Shown: positions 57,658 to 64,000 of the stretch, piece by piece | Layout: each line of letters opens with the position of its first letter | Position numbering within the stretch: position 1 is the stretch's first letter | Assembly: GCA_900769635.1 (NCBI GenBank) | Contig: CAAGHJ010000014.1 | Coordinates: 2,584 to 66,583 of the forward strand | DNA length: 64,000 nucleotides | From: Bacilli bacterium | Lineage (GTDB): Bacteria; Bacillota_I; Bacilli_A; RF39; UBA660 | Reading direction: 5' to 3' | Position numbers and translations under genes: made by a program | The notes under the pieces: generated by a model | Told to the model about the DNA's origin: nothing | Databases searched by the model: none | The model's input: only the letters and a program-made list of their open reading frames with translations

Positions 57658-57909
57658 ATGTACTTATCAGAAATCCAGAAAAAAGAAATAATAAATATCG
57701 ATACTGGCAAAAAAATAGGCACTATTATAGATGTGATAGTAAGTGAAGATGGCCAAATAAAATCCCTTCTTCTCGAAGAAAAAACTCGCAAAAAATTTTC
57801 CATTAAAGAAGAATACGAAGTAAAATGGAATCAAATAATAAAAATAGGGGATGATATAATCCTCATCGGTCCTTCTACCTATAATAAAAAAGAAAATTTT
57901 GGAATATAA
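57658..57909 (+). CDS. ylmC: PRC-barrel sporulation protein YlmC/YmxH
   Basis: Typical 80-aa PRC barrel. Downstream of sigG as in Bacillus. Confidence 0.8.
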   Translation: MYLSEIQKKEIINIDTGKKIGTIIDVIVSEDGQIKSLLLEEKTRKKFSIKEEYEVKWNQIIKIGDDIILIGPSTYNKKENFGI

Positions 57910-58501
57910 ATATATCTTTTAAAGAAAAAACTTTTCTTTCTTCAATTTCTTTAATCCAAAATCCATATCCAAGAATAAATATTTAATAATAATAGCCAAC
58001 ATCAATGCCTAACAATAATAATCAAAATTAAATATCAAAAAAAGCTATAAAAGGTAGTATATGATACAAATTCCATTTCGGATACAACAATATAAAAAGT
58101 AATAATATGTAAAAAAAAACTAAAAACTAAGTCATAAACAATTTTCAATTAATAACTAGGTCTTATTGAAGTTTTTCAAGTATGAAAGCCCAAAAAATAA
58201 AACCTAGTTTTTTTGACTATCTTCAAAAAATTATACGCACTATTTTTCAATTATATATATGTATAAAAAAAATCACTATTTTTCTTCCAATATCTTACTA
58301 TTCCTTATATTATCTATGCTAATTCCATTATTAAAAATATAACCTAATAATATAAATGTATAATATTATCTATTGTATCAAAATTAAGTATTATAAATAT
58401 CAAAAAAATAACAAAAAAACACTTGACACAATTAATAATAGTGTGATAAAATGCAAATGAACTTGACCGGCAACTTCAAAAAAAATAAACCATTATAGGG
58501 G

Positions 58502-59656
58502 GTGATAAAAATGTATAAAGCATACAAATTTAGATTATATCCAACTAACAATCAAAAAAACACAATAAATCAAACATTCGGTAATTTACGTTTCATATAT
58601 AACTATTATGTAAACAAAATTACAACCCAAGGTTATAAATCAGTCTATAACAATTACAATGATTGCGAAAAAGAATTACTACATAAGTATCCATTTCTAG
58701 AACAAACAGAAAAAAATCTTATTAAAAAGGTTCTTTATAGATTAGACGATAACTATAAGAAAAATCAATATAAGGGAATAAGCACTATAAAATACAAAAG
58801 CAAGTATGAAAAAAATAGCTATACAATTCCCGCATCCTATACTTATAATAAAGATTTAAAAGTCAAAAAATGTAATATAATTCCAAACTTGCCCAATCAA
58901 ACTCTTGAATTACCACAAATTGGTTCTCTAAAAATACGAGGCTATAAGAATAAACTCAAAGTAGTTGGTGAAATAAAAAATGTTACCATTACCAGAGAAC
59001 AAACAGGTAAATATTACATCATCATTCTTTGCAACATCCCAAATTTCCCAAAAGTAAACCCAAACACCATTATCGGCCTTGATATAGGTATAAAAAAACT
59101 AGTAACAACCTCGGACGGCCTAGTATATACCAATAATAAATATATAAATCAATATGAAACCAAAATAAAAAGAGAACAATATAAACTCTCTAAGAAACAA
59201 AAAGGCAGTAAAAATTATTATAAAAATATAAATAGATTAAATATTCTTTATGCCAAACTCAGAAATGCCCGAAAATATACAACTCACAAAATAACTAAGG
59301 AAATAACCGATAATTATGATATCATAGTTACAGAAACTTTAACCACAAAGAAAATGATAATGAACAAAGATAGTAACCTATCAAAGAATATAGCAGATGC
59401 AACATTCAGTGAAATAATAAGAGAACTAGAATATAAATCCAAAGAAAAAGGCAAATATCTCTATAAAATAAAAGCATATTACCCATCAAGCCAATTATGC
59501 AGCATTTGTGAAAACAGAGCCAAAGAGTATAAAGACTTAACTAAAAGAGTGTATGATTGCAGTTATTGTCAAAATACTCTTGATAGAGATATTAATGCTA
59601 GCATTAATATAATGTTTGAGGGACTAAAAATCTATTTAAAAGACCAGTTCTCATAA
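58502..59656 (+). CDS. tnpB: TnpB (OrfB) RNA-guided endonuclease of the IS605/IS1341 family
   Basis: N-terminal YKFRLYPT OrfB_IS605 domain, RuvC-like split motifs, C-terminal zinc finger CSIC...CSYC. Confidence 0.85.
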   Translation: MIKMYKAYKFRLYPTNNQKNTINQTFGNLRFIYNYYVNKITTQGYKSVYNNYNDCEKELLHKYPFLEQTEKNLIKKVLYRLDDNYKKNQYKGISTIKYKSKYEKNSYTIPASYTYNKDLKVKKCNIIPNLPNQTLELPQIGSLKIRGYKNKLKVVGEIKNVTITREQTGKYYIIILCNIPNFPKVNPNTIIGLDIGIKKLVTTSDGLVYTNNKYINQYETKIKREQYKLSKKQKGSKNYYKNINRLNILYAKLRNARKYTTHKITKEITDNYDIIVTETLTTKKMIMNKDSNLSKNIADATFSEIIRELEYKSKEKGKYLYKIKAYYPSSQLCSICENRAKEYKDLTKRVYDCSYCQNTLDRDINASINIMFEGLKIYLKDQFS

Positions 59657-59800
59657 TTAATAATATAAAATATGTACGGTAGCACCTATCGGAATTTATG
59701 TCTGTGGACGAAATTATAAATAATTTCTATGAAGCAGAAAATCCATATAGCTATTTAGTCATTCAATACGTCTTATTAACACCCTTATAGGGAATTTTCA
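59560..59800 (+). ncRNA. Putative omega-RNA (reRNA) of TnpB, spanning the tnpB 3' end and the right-end sequence
   Basis: Inferred from known TnpB biology. Structured non-coding tail ending in the hairpin CACCCTTATAGGG. Confidence 0.3.
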
Positions 59801-59879
59801 AAAAATATTCAAAAACCCTTTTATCAATATTTAAAATATGATACAATAAACATATAGATAAAGATAGTGAGGGAGAAAA

Positions 59880-61181
59880 ATGAATAATAATGTACAATCC
59901 AACACCCCTAACCAAGGGAATATTGTTAATATGGATAAGCCCAAAGTAGTACCAATAGTAGAGGAAAAAAATAAGACTTTTACTTATAAAGCCAGAGGTA
60001 AGGCAGGTAAAGTAATTAATGACACAGTAGAAGCAAGTTCTTTAGAAGATGCCAAAAACTATTTGCTGTCAAACGGTTTTCAAATAATCAAAATCAAAGA
60101 AGATAAATTAGCTAGCACCGTCAGAATAGGTGGTACGTCTAAACCAATGAAAACCGGAGAATTAGTTTTCTTCTTAACTCAACTTTCAACTTATATTAAG
60201 TCCGGCATCCCATTAACAGATGCAATGGCTATACTAAGTAGACAAACAAAGAAGAAAAATACCCAAAAAGTATTCTCTAAAATAGTGTATGAACTAAATA
60301 AGGGGGTACCATTTAGTAAATGCCTTGCTAATGAAGGGAAAGTCTTCCCTAAAATGCTAATAAACATGGCCCAAACAAGTGAGCTTACCGGAAATTTAAC
60401 AGAGGTATTAGATGAAATGGCCGAATACTATAAGAGAAAAGATACAAATAGGAAGCAGATTATCAGTGCTTTAACATACCCAACGGTAATACTAATATTT
60501 GCCGTCTGTATTCTGGCCTTCGTTATTATGTATATCGTTCCTGAATTTACAGATATGTATGGGCAATTAAACAGTGAATTACCAAAATTAACCAAAGCCG
60601 TAGTTGCATTTAGTGACTTCGTTGTGGCATATAAATTCATAATACTTTTTGGTATAATTGCAGTTGTACTATTTCTAAATGTAATGTATAAAAATATAAC
60701 ATCATTTCGCTACGCGGTTCAATATACTCTTATGCACATACCAGTTATAAAAGAAATCATAATATATAATGAACTAGTAATATTTACCTCAACTTTTGCA
60801 TCACTTTTAAAATATGACGTCTTTATAACTGATAGTATGGAGATACTAGGAAAAGTAAGCAATAACGAAATATATAAAAAGATGATAAAAAATGCTGTTT
60901 TAAATCTAAGTAATGGAGCTGGTCTTGCTCCAGCCTTTAAAGGCCAATGGGCATTCCCCGTTCCAGCCTATGAGATGTTATTAACAGGAGAAAAAACCGG
61001 TAAACTCGGCCCTATGATGGAACACGTATCCAAATATTATAGTGAAGAACAAACAAATATTATAACAAGATTAAAAAGCCTAATTGAACCAATTATGATA
61101 ATACTTCTTGCTATAATAGTTGGAGTAATACTTTTAGCTGTCGTTCTTCCAATGTTTAGTATATATAAGGAAATGGTGTAA
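59880..61181 (+). CDS. Type II secretion / type IV pilus platform protein (GspF/PilC family)
   Basis: Two T2SSF domains, three TM segments. Confidence 0.8.
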   Translation: MNNNVQSNTPNQGNIVNMDKPKVVPIVEEKNKTFTYKARGKAGKVINDTVEASSLEDAKNYLLSNGFQIIKIKEDKLASTVRIGGTSKPMKTGELVFFLTQLSTYIKSGIPLTDAMAILSRQTKKKNTQKVFSKIVYELNKGVPFSKCLANEGKVFPKMLINMAQTSELTGNLTEVLDEMAEYYKRKDTNRKQIISALTYPTVILIFAVCILAFVIMYIVPEFTDMYGQLNSELPKLTKAVVAFSDFVVAYKFIILFGIIAVVLFLNVMYKNITSFRYAVQYTLMHIPVIKEIIIYNELVIFTSTFASLLKYDVFITDSMEILGKVSNNEIYKKMIKNAVLNLSNGAGLAPAFKGQWAFPVPAYEMLLTGEKTGKLGPMMEHVSKYYSEEQTNIITRLKSLIEPIMIILLAIIVGVILLAVVLPMFSIYKEMV

Positions 61182-61184
61182 ACT

Positions 61185-61952
61185 ATGGACATAGTATTTA
61201 TAATAATATACTTCATTTTTGGAGCCGTTATGGCATCATTTTTCCACGTCGTAGCAACTAGACTCTCAACTGGACAATCAATAATATCTCCGCCATCTCA
61301 CTGTACTTATTGTAACCATAAATTATCCTGGTATGAACTAATCCCAATCGTATCCTATATTTCCTTTAAAGGAAAATGCCATCATTGTCATCATCGCCTA
61401 CCTGTAAGCTATCTTCTTATTGAAATAATAACAGGTATCCTGTATGCTGTGAATTATCATGTTTTTGGCCTTACCTTACAAGGAATAATATCTCTAATTT
61501 TTATATCAACTTTAATCACAGTAATAATAAGTGATATAGAGTATATGATAATATTAGATGAAGTACTTATAACGGGAGTAATTCTAATAATAATAACGAT
61601 GATATTTTCCATAGGACTATTTCCTACCTTTGAACACATCGGTTATGGCTGCTTAGCATTTCTAACAATGTACGCTGTTAAATTAGTAGGTGATTCACTC
61701 TTTAAAAAAGAATCACTTGGTGGCGGGGATATAAAATTAATGTTTCTCTTTGGCCTTGTTTTAGGATACCCAATAGCCGTATTAACAATCTTTCTTGCAA
61801 CATTCATAGCATTTCCCATTGCAATATACGTTCTATTTAGTAGTAAGGATAATCTTATCCCCTTCGGTCCCTTTCTATGTATGTCAGCAATTTTAATGAA
61901 TATATCAGGAGTTACTTTCACAGAAATAATAAATTTTATCATCCAAATTTGA
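61185..61952 (+). CDS. Prepilin peptidase (A24 family, PilD/ComC)
   Basis: N-terminal Zn-binding CxxC...CxxC (HCTYCNHKL...KGKCHHCHH) and the two catalytic Asp regions. Confidence 0.85.
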   Translation: MDIVFIIIYFIFGAVMASFFHVVATRLSTGQSIISPPSHCTYCNHKLSWYELIPIVSYISFKGKCHHCHHRLPVSYLLIEIITGILYAVNYHVFGLTLQGIISLIFISTLITVIISDIEYMIILDEVLITGVILIIITMIFSIGLFPTFEHIGYGCLAFLTMYAVKLVGDSLFKKESLGGGDIKLMFLFGLVLGYPIAVLTIFLATFIAFPIAIYVLFSSKDNLIPFGPFLCMSAILMNISGVTFTEIINFIIQI

Positions 61953-61957
61953 CAAAA

Positions 61958-61986
61958 CCGTGAAAATATGGTATAATTAATGTACA
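61958..61986 (+). promoter_or_regulatory. Consensus sigma-A promoter TTGACA-17-TGgTATAAT
   Basis: Perfect hexamers with extended -10, upstream of the 62023 gene. Confidence 0.5.
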
Positions 61987-62022
61987 TTTGGTTGATACAA
62001 AATATATAAGGGGGGATTATAT

Positions 62023-62439
62023 ATGAAAAATTATGTAATGGAGTATCTAAATGAAAACGAATTCAGAAAGAAAGAAAGAGCAGTAAAAAAATACAATATG
62101 CTTGCTTATAAGAAACTAATATTCGAATATTATCCATCACTTCGTGAAGGAGAATTTAAAGGAGTAATAGTATCAAAAAACACCAAAGAAAAAATAGATA
62201 AATATGAATTAAAGTTACCAACAGATGTAATGTTCTCAAAAGTACACGGAGATATCGTTCTTCACTATTCTGTATATAAAAATCAAAAAATAGTTATGCT
62301 AGATACAATAACTCCAGAAGAAATATTAAACGAAGGACACCAAAAAGAGTTAACAACTTATAAAGGTGTAATGGTATCAAAATCACACGCTGATAAAGAT
62401 ATGTTTAAAATAAATCTTCTAAACATGATGGAAAAGTAG
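62023..62439 (+). CDS. Hypothetical protein (138 aa)
   Basis: RBS AAGGGGGG. No recognisable motifs. Confidence 0.45.
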   Translation: MKNYVMEYLNENEFRKKERAVKKYNMLAYKKLIFEYYPSLREGEFKGVIVSKNTKEKIDKYELKLPTDVMFSKVHGDIVLHYSVYKNQKIVMLDTITPEEILNEGHQKELTTYKGVMVSKSHADKDMFKINLLNMMEK

Positions 62440-62495
62440 GGTAACTTTAGTTATTCTATTTTTTATGAAAAAAATAAAAAGAAAGAAGTGTTAAA

Positions 62496-63002
62496 ATGAC
62501 TATAAAAGAAAATGATCGTGAATTTCAAAATCTAATTTCTGAACTTATGGATAGTGAAGAATTCAAAAGATTAGAAGAATGTCGTCATCACGGTATTTCA
62601 AGAATGCTTCACTCTAAAAGAGTAGCATACTTCTCATACAAAATAGCCAAAAAATTAAAATTAGATTACCAAAGTGTCGCTCGTGGCGGTCTTCTTCACG
62701 ATTACTTCATAGATATAAACGCAACTTCAAAAGAAAAGCATCGTAACATCTTTATTCATCCTAAAACTGCACTTAACAATTCAACAAAGTTATTTAACCT
62801 AAATGATACAGAAAAAGATATAATACTATCCCATATGTTTCCACTTATGCCTGTATACGTACCCAAGTATTTAGAAAGTTGGCTCGTATCAATGGTTGAT
62901 AAAATAGTAGCTACTTATGAGTTTGGTATGACATTTTTCTGTCATTACAAATACGTAAATCAAATAGCTGTTCTCTTACTAATAATTGGAAGAAGGCTAT
63001 AG
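62496..63002 (+). CDS. HD-domain phosphohydrolase-like protein
   Basis: H...R...K and GLLHDY HD motifs. Confidence 0.65.
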   Translation: MTIKENDREFQNLISELMDSEEFKRLEECRHHGISRMLHSKRVAYFSYKIAKKLKLDYQSVARGGLLHDYFIDINATSKEKHRNIFIHPKTALNNSTKLFNLNDTEKDIILSHMFPLMPVYVPKYLESWLVSMVDKIVATYEFGMTFFCHYKYVNQIAVLLLIIGRRL

Positions 63003-63546
63003 TGTGGATATAGATAGAATATATATTGCTCAAGTACCCAAAGAATTCAACAAAAGACTATTTATAAAAAATGATAATGGTTTTTATGTTGATATCTTTA
63101 CCGGTGAAACATATCCCATTGTAATAGATATAATAAAATTTACACAATTCTATCGTTCTCGAAAATATCTAACTCCCGAAGAATTAAGAATATGTGTTAC
63201 AGAAATAAATGAAATATTTGCAAATAAAAATAAAAAAGTAGAACTCTATAGAGATATAAATATAAATCTAAATAATATGGGAATGAAAAATGCTAGTGGT
63301 TATATAGTAATAAAACCAGAGTATCATTTCATAAAAAAACTAGATAACGAAAATTATTTAGTATGCAAAGCTATTAAAGGAAGCAAAAACCTAAAATACA
63401 AATACGGAATTATAAACTATAGAGGAGTAGAAATATTTCCAACTGATCATCAAGATCCAAACGAAGATTACGTAAATAGTAATGGTGAAAAAAAACTTTT
63501 AGAAGATTTTACTAATTTAATAAATAATTATAAACTAACTAAATAA
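62986..63546 (+). CDS. Hypothetical protein (186 aa), overlaps the HD gene by 17 nt
   Basis: YKYGIINYRGVEIFP is faintly WG-repeat-like. Confidence 0.4.
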   Translation: MEEGYSVDIDRIYIAQVPKEFNKRLFIKNDNGFYVDIFTGETYPIVIDIIKFTQFYRSRKYLTPEELRICVTEINEIFANKNKKVELYRDININLNNMGMKNASGYIVIKPEYHFIKKLDNENYLVCKAIKGSKNLKYKYGIINYRGVEIFPTDHQDPNEDYVNSNGEKKLLEDFTNLINNYKLTK

Positions 63547-63578
63547 CGGTTAGTCTTTTTAATATAAAATATTCATAA

Positions 63579-63609
63579 GTACCAACCCCTGTAGGGCAAA
63601 ATAAAAAAG
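63579..63609 (+). repeat. GC mini-hairpin plus A-tract motif copy (GTACCaaCCCCtgtaGGGCAAAATAAAAAA)
   Basis: Lies 12 nt upstream of a perfect TTGCAA-17-TATAAT promoter. Confidence 0.4.
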
Positions 63610-63621
63610 TTTCACATATCA

Positions 63622-63650
63622 ATTGCAAAAAACATCGAAATTTGTTATAA
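63622..63650 (+). promoter_or_regulatory. Consensus sigma-A promoter TTGCAA-17-TGtTATAAT
   Basis: Hexamers with extended -10. Confidence 0.5.
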
Positions 63651-63673
63651 TACTAATATAGGAAGTGATAGGG

Positions 63674-64000
63674 ATGAATAAAATTACAAAAAAAATACTA
63701 TTAACACTTTTACTACTAGTACTTATACCAAATATATCTTACGCATCTGCACTAGGAATAGTAAACTGTACTGACGGACTTAGAGTAAGGACAAGCATAG
63801 ATACTTCTTCAACTAACAATATCCTAACATCTCTCGCCTTAGGTGACAAAGTAACAGTACTAAACACCAATGCCGGTTCCAATAACGCCTGCTCAATGTG
63901 GTATCAAGTAAGCTTAACTAAAGGAGGAAAAAATTATACCGGATACCTTTGTGGAGAATTCATAACTCTAGAAAATACTCCAAATCAAACCACTAGTGAT
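63674..64000 (+). CDS. Secreted SH3b-domain protein, N-terminal fragment (runs off the window)
   Basis: Signal peptide ending ISYASA. SH3b-like LRVRTS...LALGDKVTVL...WYQVSL...GYLCGEF. Confidence 0.6.
   Translation, partial: MNKITKKILLTLLLLVLIPNISYASALGIVNCTDGLRVRTSIDTSSTNNILTSLALGDKVTVLNTNAGSNNACSMWYQVSLTKGGKNYTGYLCGEFITLENTPNQTTSD

Larger units (their letters stand above)
58420..59800 (+). mobile_element. IS200/IS605-family element, IS1341-like (tnpB only, no tnpA)
   Basis: TnpB ORF with a consensus promoter TTGACA-18-TGaTAAAAT in the left end. TTATAGGG-containing GC hairpins near both ends (58490-58502 and 59780-59794). Confidence 0.55.

Noticed and set aside
57910-58500. Possible CRISPR array or leader in the 590-bp ORF-free AT-rich tract
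   Set aside because: There are no direct repeats of 24-40 nt with regular spacing. The tract is simply AT-rich intergenic or IS-flanking DNA.

Overview
The window is a very AT-rich (about 28-30% GC) chromosomal segment of an endospore-forming low-GC Firmicute (Clostridia/Erysipelotrichia-like). Coding is almost all on the + strand, and many + genes begin with an AGGAGG-type RBS plus a sigma-A-like promoter.

Housekeeping genes I recognise: a MiaB-family methylthiotransferase 3' fragment, gyrB/parE-type topoisomerase B, uvrB, mutS, an SDR, a YnbB-like PLP enzyme, pyruvate kinase, an arginase-family enzyme, glyA-thyA-folA followed by a divergent UMP-kinase-like gene, clpP, an MBL hydrolase, rplU-prp-rpmA, a VanY-type carboxypeptidase, an ABC-2 transporter pair, typA, an AddB-like Fe-S nuclease, a NUDIX hydrolase, recD2, and five tRNAs (Leu-CAA, Arg-CCT, Ser-GCT, Ile2/Met-CAT, Leu-TAG).

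Sporulation genes: spoVS, cotJB (with a CotJA-like N-terminal extension)-cotJC, spoIVFA/spoIVFB-like genes directly upstream of rplU (Bacillus-like synteny), and sigG-ylmC.

Accessory and surface content: a large cadherin-like surface protein, a thioester-domain (TED) adhesin with its sortase, a Tad/Flp-type pilus locus with no recognisable Flp pilin or TadV but an adjacent strongly expressed pilin-like/TasA-like gene, a solo IS605-family TnpB element, and an orphan pilC-pilD pair directly downstream of the IS.

Three things stand out. First, a tandem pair of paralogous membrane proteins shares a nearly identical N-terminal two-helix module but carries unrelated C-terminal domains (SGNH hydrolase versus a Cys-rich lysozyme-like domain). 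Second, a GC-clamp mini-hairpin plus A-tract motif (consensus TACC..CCCC-TNTA-GGGCC-AAAAAA) recurs upstream of at least five + strand genes, three of them DNA-metabolism genes, which is conspicuous in so AT-rich a background. Third, several uncharacterised clusters deserve follow-up: a 4-gene block between uvrB and spoVS that includes a mini kinase-like protein, a hypothetical/DUF2130 pair, a 444-aa protein plus the AddB-like nuclease, and a 3-gene HD-domain cluster. No CRISPR array or rRNA was found.
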